Source: a virus. Taken from it: 48,818 nt of DNA. Made by a program: the position numbers and the translations under genes. Of this stretch, positions 7,780-17,405 are shown piece after piece. The notes below the pieces were generated by a model. The model worked only from the letters and a program-made list of their open reading frames with translations. It made no database searches and had not been told where the DNA came from. Location of the stretch: positions 1-48,818 of the IMG/VR virus record IMGVR_UViG_3300028832_000018; one strand, given 5' to 3'. How positions within the stretch are numbered: position 1 is the stretch's first letter; every line of letters starts with the position of its first letter.

Positions 7780-8472
7780 ATGGCATCAAACAAACAAAAA
7801 AACTACGAAATACAAAAGCAAAATCAAAATGAATTAAGGGAATTGGAACAATTTTACATAGAAGGTAAAGTTGACACAATGCTTGACACAATAAAAGAAA
7901 AAAAAGAAGAATTAGTTAAAGAAATGATTAAATATCACGATAAGCATTTAAAAGAATGTAAGTGGAATAAAGAGGGAGAACCAATCGCTTGGGAAGTAAG
8001 CATAAATCCTTTAGTGATAAATAATTACTTTTTCAAACCAATAATACCAATAGGATGTCAAGAACCAGTTTATAATGCTGAAAAATTAAGTATGGTTTTT
8101 GATTATTATTGTGAATTACTTGCAGAAGTAAATGATAAAATAGGTAATTATCCTAGTTCATTAACTTCATTTTGTAAATTAGCAGGTATAACATTAAATA
8201 CTTTAAGGTCATACAAAAATAGCGATGACTATAGTATGAGAATAATAGCAGAAAAAATATATGACCAAATAGGCGATGATAATATTACAATGTCGCAAGT
8301 TGGAGTTGTAAAAGAAAGAACAACATTATTTAAGATGAAATCTCAAAATGAAATGGTCGAAAAAGTTCAACCACAACAAAAAATTAATATTAATATGGAT
8401 GCAACAGATTTAGATAAAATTAATGAAAAATTAGAAAAATATAAAAGATTTATTAATAAGAAGGAAAAATAA
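7780..8472 (+). CDS. terS: terminase small subunit
   Basis: Lies immediately upstream of, and overlaps, the large subunit. HTH-like SLTSFCKLAGITLNTLRSY. Confidence 0.65.
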   Translation: MASNKQKNYEIQKQNQNELRELEQFYIEGKVDTMLDTIKEKKEELVKEMIKYHDKHLKECKWNKEGEPIAWEVSINPLVINNYFFKPIIPIGCQEPVYNAEKLSMVFDYYCELLAEVNDKIGNYPSSLTSFCKLAGITLNTLRSYKNSDDYSMRIIAEKIYDQIGDDNITMSQVGVVKERTTLFKMKSQNEMVEKVQPQQKININMDATDLDKINEKLEKYKRFINKKEK

Positions 8473-10244
8473 TGAATAGCAAACAAATATATGAAACCAT
8501 AGATAAAATATTAACCATTTTAGAGAATAATTTTAGATATAATTATGGTAAAAAAATAACTTATGATGAAATTTATGAAATGATGCAAGATTTATATTCT
8601 CTTTTTAATAATTTTGAAAAAAATACTGAGGTTTGTGGAGAAATAGCAGTTAAGAGATATATTCCTTTACTTGATTTGCTGATAAAAATTGACACAAACA
8701 AAAACCATTTTATAGAATATGAAAAACAATTAAAATATGCTTATAAATTAGGTGCTAGAGTTAGTCTAGAGCATTATTTTGTTTATAGAGAATGGGACGT
8801 TCCTGAAAAAGATAAATTTTTTGCCCCTAGATTTCCAGCAATATGTGGATATATACACTTTTTGCAAGAAATAGTGTTGAATCCTAAATTTACAGACTTA
8901 ATTTTTAACGCTCCTGCTGGATTTGGTAAAACATTCCCTGAGAAAATAACTGAGGCTTGGTCTTATGGAATAGACCCAACAGGCGCTATACTGTCACTAT
9001 GTTCTAATGATACTGTTGTTAAAAATGGTAGTTCTTTAGTAAGACAAGAAATGAAAAGTGATTGGTTTGGAGAAGTTTTTCCTAAAATGAAATGGGATAA
9101 AGAAGATAAAGATTACTTTTTAAAAGAAACAGATGGAGATTGGAAATTAAGAGATTGCAAATTGGGTGCTAGTTATAATGCTTCTACTTGCAATTCAAAT
9201 GTAATTGGTCAAAGAGCAAGTAAATGGATTCATTTAGATGATTTATACAAAGGCTATAAAGAAGCAATGAATCAACAATTAAATATAGAATTTTATAACG
9301 ATTGCCAATTATCTTGGAGAACAAGATATATATTAGGTGCTATACCAAAAATGGTTATAACAGGAACTTTGTGGGCTAGTGGAGATTTTATTGATTTAGA
9401 AATAAAATTGTTAGAAAAGGAACATACTTTTAAAAAACACCCAAAATATCCATATACAAGAATTAGTGAAGATGGTACTTGTGCAATTATTCAGTTACCA
9501 GCGCTTGACGAATATGGAAATAGCGTTTTCCCAGAATTAAAATCAACAGAAGAATTATTAAAAATAAAAAATAGAATAGAAGAATATCTTTGGGAAAACA
9601 ACTATATGCAACATTCTACAGACCCAGAAGAATTAATATTTAGTTATGGAAGATTAAGAACTTACGATACTATTCCAGAAACAGATTATAAGAGTGCTTA
9701 TGCAGTAATAGATGCTAATAGAAAAAGAGGAAAAGACTTTTTTGCTATGCCTATATTTAAAAAAGTAGAAAACGACAATGTCTTTGATTATTATTTAAGA
9801 GATTGTATATTTACTAGAGCAGAGGCAACGAAAGATTTGTATGATGCTATTGTAGATAAAATAATAGAACATCATATAATCAAACTTGTAATAGAAAGTA
9901 ATGTCACAAGTGAATTAAAACAAAACTTAGAAAATAAACTAAAATCAAGAGGGTTTAATTTTTGCGAAATTATTGAAAAATGGAATGAAGAAAGAAAGGA
10001 AACAAGAATTGCTGATGCTTCTGGGCCATTAAAAAGACAATTAGTTTTTCCTAAAAGAGAGATGTATGGGATAAATACAGATATGGGTAAATTTATGAGC
10101 AACTTAACTACATATAATTCAACAGGAAGCAATGAAAACGATGATGCCCCTGATGCTTGTGCTATGTTTAATAACGAAATAATAGACGGTAACAGTCAGC
10201 CTCAAAAAGCAGAACCATTAGATTTTGTTAGACAATTTATGTAA
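8472..10244 (+). CDS. terL: terminase large subunit
   Basis: 590 aa. Walker A-like NAPAGFGKT, Walker B-like WIHLDDLY, C-terminal nuclease-type AVIDAN. Confidence 0.8.
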   Translation: MNSKQIYETIDKILTILENNFRYNYGKKITYDEIYEMMQDLYSLFNNFEKNTEVCGEIAVKRYIPLLDLLIKIDTNKNHFIEYEKQLKYAYKLGARVSLEHYFVYREWDVPEKDKFFAPRFPAICGYIHFLQEIVLNPKFTDLIFNAPAGFGKTFPEKITEAWSYGIDPTGAILSLCSNDTVVKNGSSLVRQEMKSDWFGEVFPKMKWDKEDKDYFLKETDGDWKLRDCKLGASYNASTCNSNVIGQRASKWIHLDDLYKGYKEAMNQQLNIEFYNDCQLSWRTRYILGAIPKMVITGTLWASGDFIDLEIKLLEKEHTFKKHPKYPYTRISEDGTCAIIQLPALDEYGNSVFPELKSTEELLKIKNRIEEYLWENNYMQHSTDPEELIFSYGRLRTYDTIPETDYKSAYAVIDANRKRGKDFFAMPIFKKVENDNVFDYYLRDCIFTRAEATKDLYDAIVDKIIEHHIIKLVIESNVTSELKQNLENKLKSRGFNFCEIIEKWNEERKETRIADASGPLKRQLVFPKREMYGINTDMGKFMSNLTTYNSTGSNENDDAPDACAMFNNEIIDGNSQPQKAEPLDFVRQFM

Positions 10245-10344
10245 ATAAGTTGTCTTTTTTTTGTGTAGATTTGACAAAAAACGAAAAAAGGTATACATTT
10301 ATTATTTGATAAAAAAACTACACACAGTTGAAGGAGTTGAAAAT

Positions 10345-11874
10345 ATGAAAACATTTGGCCGTTCTGTCATATATGCCAATTATACAGAAGAACAACTTCT
10401 TTCAGGTACACAAGCAGAAAAAGATGCTAGAGTATTAGACATTATCAAAAATAGTATTGATTTACATAATAAAAATAGAGCAGAAAGTTTATACCTTGAT
10501 GCCTATTTATATGGTGACCAAGATATAAAATACAAAGAAAAATATACAAGAACAGAAATTAACAACAAAGGTGTTGAAAACTGGGCTTGGGCTTTTATGG
10601 AATGGAAAAAAGCATTTTTACTTGGAAAACCAATTCAATATGCTCCACTTGATGATATTGCTAGTGAAGAAATATCTTTACTAAACAATTATGTCACTTA
10701 TGAAGATAAAGACCAAAAAGACCAAGATTTATATGAAGAAATCTTTGCTTGTGGTAGAGCATTTAGATATATAAATTATACAAAAGTAACAGATGATGAT
10801 GAAGCCCCATTTGAATTAATCAATTTAGATAAATTTAATACAGAAGTGGTTTATTCAAGTTCTATTAGACACGAACAATTATTATCGTTTGTTGTAACTG
10901 ACAAGCAATATATTGTTCAAGAAGTAGACCCAATTACTGGAGAACCTGCTTATGTTCCTAGAAATTATAATGAATATACAGTTTACACAAGAAATATGCA
11001 GTATTTAATTAACGATAAGAGTGGGACTTTACAAATAACTGAAAGAAAACCAATCGTTCAAAACGTTCATTTAATAATTGAATATTACTTTAATAAGCAT
11101 AGAATGAGTTTTCTTGAAATATGCAAGGATATATTTGATGATTTAAACTACGTAGAAAACCTAGATAAAGATGACATTGAAGCATTTGTAAACTCAATTA
11201 TGGTATTTACTAATGCTGAAGTTGATGAAAAAGGTATGGAAGCCATTAAAAAGTTTGGCGCTGTATCTATTAAATCAACAGACCAAAAGAAGGCATCTGT
11301 AGAATTATTACAATCAAGACTTAAATCATTAGATACTCAAATCTATTATTTAAGAAAATTAAGTGCAGTACATAGCATTTTAAGTGTTCCAGAAGCAACT
11401 CAAAACGGAGCAATAAGCAACGCTGAAACTGGTAAAGCAGTTTTAACTGGTCAAGGCTTTACGAGTGCAACTGTAAGAGTTGAAAATGAAGAAAAAGCAT
11501 TTAAAAAATGTGATAGAAACGCTTTAAAGGTAATTCTTAAGATTTGTAAAAATGCTAGAGATAGTAAAATCAAAACTCTTAATGTAAGTGGAATTGATAT
11601 TAAATTTAGTAGAGATTTAAGTGACAACTTACTTGTTAAAACACAAGCACTTATGAATTTACAATCAGTTAATATGCCTCCAGAAGTAGCAAACGCAACT
11701 GTCGGATTATTTAGTGACCCTGTTGCAGTAACAAAACTTCAAGAAGCATATATGGAACAAAGACAAAAACTTGTTGAAGAAATACAAAAACAATCAAACA
11801 ATAACGAAAATGGTATAAATGAACAAAATAATAAAGTTCAAGATACTCAAGAAAATAACAATCAAGAGCAGTAA
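10345..11874 (+). CDS. portal protein
   Basis: About 510 aa, directly after the terminase. Start moved to ATG 10345 behind aaggag. Q/N/E-rich C-terminal tail. Confidence 0.7.
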   Translation: MKTFGRSVIYANYTEEQLLSGTQAEKDARVLDIIKNSIDLHNKNRAESLYLDAYLYGDQDIKYKEKYTRTEINNKGVENWAWAFMEWKKAFLLGKPIQYAPLDDIASEEISLLNNYVTYEDKDQKDQDLYEEIFACGRAFRYINYTKVTDDDEAPFELINLDKFNTEVVYSSSIRHEQLLSFVVTDKQYIVQEVDPITGEPAYVPRNYNEYTVYTRNMQYLINDKSGTLQITERKPIVQNVHLIIEYYFNKHRMSFLEICKDIFDDLNYVENLDKDDIEAFVNSIMVFTNAEVDEKGMEAIKKFGAVSIKSTDQKKASVELLQSRLKSLDTQIYYLRKLSAVHSILSVPEATQNGAISNAETGKAVLTGQGFTSATVRVENEEKAFKKCDRNALKVILKICKNARDSKIKTLNVSGIDIKFSRDLSDNLLVKTQALMNLQSVNMPPEVANATVGLFSDPVAVTKLQEAYMEQRQKLVEEIQKQSNNNENGINEQNNKVQDTQENNNQEQ

Positions 11875-11886
11875 TGCTCTTTACAT

Positions 11887-11960
11887 CGCAGACGAAGTGT
11901 AATAGTAGCACATTAGACTCATAATCTAAAAGAGGGGTGCAATTCCCACGTTTGCAACCA
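11887..11960 (+). tRNA. tRNA-like element, anticodon CAT (Met/fMet/Ile2-type), imperfect cloverleaf
   Basis: Acceptor cgcagac/gtttgca (C1.A72 mismatch), anticodon arm ttaga-ctcataa-tctaa, encoded A-CCA end. The T-stem has only 3 bp (ggg/ccc, loop tgcaatt) and the D-stem is offset by 1 nt. Confidence 0.4.
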
Positions 11961-12059
11961 ATTTGTTTTTAGCATTTGGTACATCGCAAATGTTAAAATA
12001 TATTTCTCTGAATGGTTTTGTTAGTTACCGTAAAAAACTATCGTTAAGGAGGAGATAAT

Positions 12060-12668
12060 ATGAACAGTAATATGAGTAGAGAAGATGCAAGAAAAATAAT
12101 AGGAGAAGAAGCAACAGAAGAACAAATTACTAATTTTCTTAACACTATACACACACTACAAAGTGCAAAAGTGAAAGAATTAGAAAATCAAGTTAATTTA
12201 TTAACTGAACAAAACAGTAAATATAGTGACTATGATGCAATCAAACAACAATTAGAAGAAATTAATAAGGCTAATATGACAGAACAAGAAAAACTTGAAG
12301 CACAAAAGAAAGAAATTGAAACAAATCTTAAAAATTCAAGAATAATTGTTAATACTGCAAAAGCAAAAGAAATATTAGCAGGTCTTGATTTAGACGATGA
12401 TATTATTTCGTTAGTTGTTAGTGATGACGCAAACAAAACTATCGATAGTGCTAATAAATTAAAAGCAAAATTCGATATGCAAAAAGAAAATGTTGCTAAA
12501 GCAACTAAAGAAAGTTTAACAACTTTAAATTTAGACCCAGCATTACCAAATGTTAATCAAAATAATAGTAATGTTATTGATTCATTTGAAAAATTTGGCA
12601 ATTTATCTGCTGAAGAACAAGAAAAATGGATTAATGAGCATCCAACAGAATTTGAAAATTTAAAATAA
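12060..12668 (+). CDS. scaffolding protein
   Basis: Acidic coiled-coil protein of 202 aa between portal and capsid. RBS aaggagg. Confidence 0.6.
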   Translation: MNSNMSREDARKIIGEEATEEQITNFLNTIHTLQSAKVKELENQVNLLTEQNSKYSDYDAIKQQLEEINKANMTEQEKLEAQKKEIETNLKNSRIIVNTAKAKEILAGLDLDDDIISLVVSDDANKTIDSANKLKAKFDMQKENVAKATKESLTTLNLDPALPNVNQNNSNVIDSFEKFGNLSAEEQEKWINEHPTEFENLK

Positions 12669-12703
12669 ACTAAAATAAATTAAAAAAGAAGGAGAGATAT
12701 TAA

Positions 12704-13738
12704 ATGGAAAAATTTAGAGGTAAAATTTTTAACCCAACTGTTTGGGAAGGATATATGAAGACTTTACCAAGCACAAAAGAAAATTCATTAATTAAAAATG
12801 GTTTATTCACAGTAGTAAACAAATATCGTTCAAAAATGAGTGAACAAGCAGGTGGTTATTTTGTAACTGAACCAATCAAAGGTAGAATAGGTGGAACTCC
12901 TGTAAACTATGATGGAAATACTGATATTCCTGATGGTGCTGAAAGAGATACTTTCTATCAAACAAAAATTTGTTATGGTAGAGCAATGTCTTGGGGAGAA
13001 TATGATTTTTCTAGTGAAATCACAGGAGAAAACTTCAAGGCTGAAGCAGGAGAAGTTAAAGAATATTGGGATGAACAAAGACAAGCGATTGTATTATCAA
13101 TCTTAAAAGGTATCTTTGGTATGACAGGTGGAGTAAACGGACAATTCGTTGATAAACACACTTACGATATTACTGCAACTGCTAATCCTGAATTAAGTGC
13201 AGACGCTTTAAATAAAGCATCTCAAAAAGCATTAGGAGATAAAAAAGCAAAATTAGATGTAATCTTTATGCACTCAGCAGTATCTACTAATTTAGAAGGA
13301 TTAAATTTAATTAATTTCTTAAAATATACTGATGCAAACGGTATTGAAAGAGATTTAACTATAGGAACATTCAATGGTAGATTAGTTATCGTAGACGATG
13401 ATATGCCTGTAACTACTGATAGCACAGGAAATAAATATGTATCTTATGTATTCCAAAAAGGTTTCTTTGAATATGAAGATTTAGGTGTTGAAGTTCCTGC
13501 TGAAACAGTAAGAGATGCTAAAACTAAAGGTGGTAAAACTGAATTAATCTCAAGAATAAGAGAAATGGTAGTACCAACTTATATTTCTTACAAAACTACT
13601 TCAAAAATTTCACCTGAAAACAGTGATTTTGAAGATGGTTCAAATTGGGAATTAGTAAACAACGCTGAAAACGGAGATAATAAAGTATATATTGATGATA
13701 AATTAATCCCAGTTGCTCGTGTAATTTCTCGTGGATAA
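12704..13738 (+). CDS. major capsid protein
   Basis: 344 aa, follows the scaffold gene, strong RBS aaggag. Called from position and size only. Confidence 0.7.
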   Translation: MEKFRGKIFNPTVWEGYMKTLPSTKENSLIKNGLFTVVNKYRSKMSEQAGGYFVTEPIKGRIGGTPVNYDGNTDIPDGAERDTFYQTKICYGRAMSWGEYDFSSEITGENFKAEAGEVKEYWDEQRQAIVLSILKGIFGMTGGVNGQFVDKHTYDITATANPELSADALNKASQKALGDKKAKLDVIFMHSAVSTNLEGLNLINFLKYTDANGIERDLTIGTFNGRLVIVDDDMPVTTDSTGNKYVSYVFQKGFFEYEDLGVEVPAETVRDAKTKGGKTELISRIREMVVPTYISYKTTSKISPENSDFEDGSNWELVNNAENGDNKVYIDDKLIPVARVISRG

Positions 13739-13762
13739 TTTTAAAAGAGGAGATGAAAACTT

Positions 13763-14128
13763 ATGGAAAGTGTACCAACACAATTAGATTTATTAAAAGA
13801 AAGAATAGAATTTGATGCTAATATCTTTACTGATAATGAAACCTATGAAAAAGTGTTAAATAGATTACTAGATGATAGTAAATATATAGCACTTTCCTTA
13901 AGGTATCCTTATCAAGATTATTCTCAATTAGAATTACCTAATAAGTATTATAATTGGCAAATAAGATGTTCAGAAGAATTATATAATCAAATAGGAAATG
14001 TAGGGGTAAAATCTTACAGTGAAAATGGTTTAAACTGGACTAGAGATAGTGGTTATATTTCATACGAATTAAGAGGAGAAATAGAACCAATGGCAGGATA
14101 CATAGAAGAAAGTGAAGAAAATGAGTAA
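13763..14128 (+). CDS. head-tail connector (gp6-like) protein
   Basis: Position after the capsid gene. N-terminal LDLLKERIEFD...LLDDSKYIA resembles gp6-like adaptors. Confidence 0.45.
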   Translation: MESVPTQLDLLKERIEFDANIFTDNETYEKVLNRLLDDSKYIALSLRYPYQDYSQLELPNKYYNWQIRCSEELYNQIGNVGVKSYSENGLNWTRDSGYISYELRGEIEPMAGYIEESEENE

Positions 14129-14528
14129 ATTCAATCCTTCTACCAATATATTTAAAAATTGGGACAAAGATATGTATATTGCCACAAAAGGAGAAGTCCA
14201 ATTAGATGATGATTGTAACGAGATAGTTACTTATAATCAACCATTTTACTTTGGAAAAGTTAATTATCAACCTTTAACTACAAAACAATTTGAAGCATAT
14301 ATTAAAGAATATGGAGAAACAGAAAATCAGGTTGTTAGTTGCTTAATTGATTATAACAAAAAATTGTTTGATAAATTTGATGTTGCTTATTTATATGGTG
14401 CTACACCAGACAACGAATTAAAGTATGGTGCAAACGCCAATTACAAAGTAAGAGCATTTAAGCCACAAAATACTAAAATAATGGTACTTCTTGAAGAAAT
14501 TATAAAGGAGGAGAATCAAAATGGATAA
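14121..14528 (+). CDS. head-tail joining protein (by position)
   Basis: ATG 14121 overlaps the upstream stop (ATGAGTAA). Called from synteny only. Confidence 0.4.
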   Translation: MSKFNPSTNIFKNWDKDMYIATKGEVQLDDDCNEIVTYNQPFYFGKVNYQPLTTKQFEAYIKEYGETENQVVSCLIDYNKKLFDKFDVAYLYGATPDNELKYGANANYKVRAFKPQNTKIMVLLEEIIKEENQNG

Positions 14529-14661
14529 AGTAAAAATAAAAGATATAAAAACAGGTGCAATTAAAGAGGTTAAAAAATCTCTTGCTGGTGACTTCATAGG
14601 AACTGGTAAATTTGTACTTGTAGATGATAAAGAAGCAAAAAAACCTTCATTTGTAAAATAA
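14521..14661 (+). CDS. 46-aa hypothetical protein
   Basis: ATG 14521 to TAA 14659-14661, read by eye. Fills the gap between annotated ORFs. Confidence 0.3.
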   Translation: MDKVKIKDIKTGAIKEVKKSLAGDFIGTGKFVLVDDKEAKKPSFVK

Positions 14662-14673
14662 CGAGATAATAAT

Positions 14674-15210
14674 ATGCCAATAGGTTTAAAAGCAAGTTTA
14701 AAAGTCGATAGTTATGAAAAGTTAAAAAATTATATCGAATATGTACAAAAATGTGCAGATATAAGAACAAATAGAGGATTTCAAACTTTTATACAAGATA
14801 AATTTTTAGAAACGGTTAAAACAATTTCAGCAATGAATTTGCCATCTAATGAATTAACTTTACAATATATTGAAAACAATAAAATAAGAGAAGTTGATGA
14901 TGGTTTTATTCTTTATAATGATACTATTGTAGAAACTGAATCTGAAGGATATAATGGAGTATTCTCTATAGCACTAGCATTTGAATATGGAACAGGACTT
15001 GTAGGACAAGAAAATGCTGTAGAAGGTGCTTGGGCATACAATGTTAATCAACACGAAAAAGGATGGACTTTTTACAAAGATGGTACATTCCATTTTACAA
15101 GAGGTATGAAGGGTTTTGAAATATATAGATTAACCAGAATAGAAATAGAAAAAAATCTATTGAAATGGTTAAATGAATATAAGAAGAAAGACGGAGGTGC
15201 TAGTCAATGA
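14674..15210 (+). CDS. neck/tail completion protein (by position)
   Basis: Called from synteny only. Confidence 0.4.
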   Translation: MPIGLKASLKVDSYEKLKNYIEYVQKCADIRTNRGFQTFIQDKFLETVKTISAMNLPSNELTLQYIENNKIREVDDGFILYNDTIVETESEGYNGVFSIALAFEYGTGLVGQENAVEGAWAYNVNQHEKGWTFYKDGTFHFTRGMKGFEIYRLTRIEIEKNLLKWLNEYKKKDGGASQ

Positions 15211-15641
15211 TAAATAAATATAATCAGTTATTTAAAGAATTAAAAGAGTTTATTGTTGCCAATTCTAATTACGACACAAAAGTTGTAAAGAATTATACTA
15301 GTACCTCTGCCTATTTTCCAATTATATCTTGTTCACTAAGTAATTATACTGACACAGATTTTTGTACAATAGATATGATTGAAAAACACCAAGAAATGTA
15401 TCTAACTATTGATATTTATACAAAAAATAAAACAACAGGTAATTTAAGTGCAAGTGAAATAATTGCTTCGCAAGAAATAAATGATGAATTGACAGAATTA
15501 GTAATTGAATTCTTAAGTTCAAAAAATATGAAAATCACTCTATGTAGACTTACACCAAATGCTGATACAAGCATTACAAGAAGAACAATACAATGTCAAA
15601 GTTTGGTAAGCCTTGCTAGAGGAAATATAATAAGGAGATGA
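15207..15641 (+). CDS. tail terminator-like protein (by position)
   Basis: ATGA overlap with the upstream gene. Called from synteny only. Confidence 0.4.
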   Translation: MINKYNQLFKELKEFIVANSNYDTKVVKNYTSTSAYFPIISCSLSNYTDTDFCTIDMIEKHQEMYLTIDIYTKNKTTGNLSASEIIASQEINDELTELVIEFLSSKNMKITLCRLTPNADTSITRRTIQCQSLVSLARGNIIRR

Positions 15642-15645
15642 ATTT

Positions 15646-16353
15646 ATGTTTAATAGTATTGAAGACAGAGCATTATCAGAACACACTGGTTCAGGTATTT
15701 ACTCTAAAAAATCAAATGGTAAGTACTCATTATTCTTACCTGTAACAGGAACAGGAGAAAATGGTGCTACTCCAGCACAACTAGATAAAACTGCAATAGG
15801 TAATAAACAAGCGACTTCAGTTGAAGGTCGTCAAGAAAACCCACAAAAAACTTTACCATTCTTCGCACACAGAGATAATATCAATGTATTAGAAGGAGTA
15901 AAAGGACAAACAATAGAATTCTTAAGAATTTTACCTGATATGACAGGTTTCAAATATTCTGGTAAAGTTAGTTACAAATTAAATAACACTGATGTTGGTT
16001 CATTAGAACAAGGTGAAATGACAATTACACCAGAAACTAGTGATGAATATGTAGAAAACTGCTTCGATTTACTTGAAGATACTGCAGTATTTACAAGTGC
16101 AATTAATGAAACAGAAGAAGTAGCAACTACAGGAGATAACAAAACTAAAACTATAGCATTAACTACAAATCCAAGTGATGCTACAATAACTGCTACAAGT
16201 GATACTCAAGGAGTTGCAACAGTTGCTTATACAGCATCTACAAACTCTATCACTATAACAGGAGTTTCAGCAGGTAGTGCTATTATTAAATTAGTTGCTA
16301 GTAAATCAGGTTATGCTTCATTTACTAGAACAATACTAGTTATAGTAAAATAA
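15646..16353 (+). CDS. major tail protein with C-terminal Ig-like (Big_2-type) domain
   Basis: Lies before the chaperone/tape-measure genes. C-terminus ITATSDTQGVATVAYTASTNSITITGVSAGSAIIKLVASKSGY. Confidence 0.65.
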   Translation: MFNSIEDRALSEHTGSGIYSKKSNGKYSLFLPVTGTGENGATPAQLDKTAIGNKQATSVEGRQENPQKTLPFFAHRDNINVLEGVKGQTIEFLRILPDMTGFKYSGKVSYKLNNTDVGSLEQGEMTITPETSDEYVENCFDLLEDTAVFTSAINETEEVATTGDNKTKTIALTTNPSDATITATSDTQGVATVAYTASTNSITITGVSAGSAIIKLVASKSGYASFTRTILVIVK

Positions 16354-16472
16354 TCATTTAATGGCTTATTTTAGGGCGTTAATATCTTAGTGATACATTA
16401 ACTAAATTTTCATAAAAAACGCTCTATGAGTCTTAAAATGATAGAATAATGGAAAATAGGAGATAGATAGTT

Positions 16473-16922
16473 ATGAAAAAGAATGAAATAATAAAATTAA
16501 ATGGAACAGAATATACTTTAGAGTTAAATAGAGATAGTTTTATACAAATAGATAGACTTTGTAATATACAAAAATCTATGAGTATAATACAAGAAGAATT
16601 ATACAACTATGTTGACGAAATAGATGACGACTTTAATCCTGAATCATTAATAATAGATGATGAAGAAATTGAAAAGAAAGTCGCATTAAAAGAAGAAACA
16701 TTAAAGAAAATAGTAGAAAGGGCTTTCTTAATATGGTTATATCCTAATCATCACTTAAAACAATCAGAAGTAAAAGAAATTCTAAAACCTTATTTTGAGG
16801 ATGAAGAAAAAGCAAGATGGATTGGTGAAAAATTAGGTCAATACTTACAAGAATGTGTTGAAATAAGAGATAATTATAATCAAGAAAGAAAAAACTTGAA
16901 AGCCCAAGCCAACAAGAAATAA
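16473..16922 (+). CDS. tail assembly chaperone (G-like, zero-frame product)
   Basis: Acidic 149-aa ORF immediately upstream of the tape measure. Contains the slippery site. Confidence 0.7.
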   Translation: MKKNEIIKLNGTEYTLELNRDSFIQIDRLCNIQKSMSIIQEELYNYVDEIDDDFNPESLIIDDEEIEKKVALKEETLKKIVERAFLIWLYPNHHLKQSEVKEILKPYFEDEEKARWIGEKLGQYLQECVEIRDNYNQERKNLKAQANKK

Positions 16923-17401
16923 AAGATACAGAAGAAGATATTTTTGCCAAATATAATAATTCTTATTACGAATATTATTGTAATTATCTTTTTCCACAAG
17001 CAATAGAGTACGGAATGACAAGCGAAGAGTTTTGGAAAGATGACCCACAATTATTCGTTTCATATCGTACTTCTTTTATTAATAAGAAAAAAAGAGAAAA
17101 AGATGAACAGGATTATATTTGTTGGCTACAAGGGCTATACATACATCACGGTAACGGTTTAGTAATAGGTTCTTTAAAACAATTTTTAGGTAATATGTTT
17201 AGCAAAAAGAAAGATACTAAGAATTTAGGAACTTATCCTACAAAGCCTTACACAGAATTACAACAAGATGAAATAAACAAAACAAAAATAGAAGAAAAAA
17301 AATCAAGAAAAAAATATGATGAATTTCAAAACTCTCTTGTTTATTTTGGAACATTAAAACAACAATATTTAGAAAAGCAAAGGCAAAAGAAAGGAGAGTG
17401 A
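16473..17401 (+). CDS. tail assembly chaperone (GT-like, -1 frameshift fusion)
   Basis: Zero frame to 16895, then the -1 frame with no stops, joining ORF 17015..17401. Ends 4 nt before the tape-measure start. Confidence 0.6.
16889..16895 (+). promoter_or_regulatory. -1 programmed ribosomal frameshift slippery heptamer A_AAA_AAC
   Basis: In the zero frame of 16473 the codons are aga aaa aac. The -1 frame is open from 16895 through ATG 17015 to 17401. Confidence 0.7.
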
Positions 17402-17405
17402 GTAA

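Noticed and set aside
10261-10344. The upstream start (10261) for the portal ORF and similar longest-ORF starts (32824, 28344, 31426, 38041, 37779)
   Set aside because: The upstream codons lack an RBS or coincide with promoter elements (32824 is the -35 TTGACA). Internal ATGs with good Shine-Dalgarno spacing were preferred.
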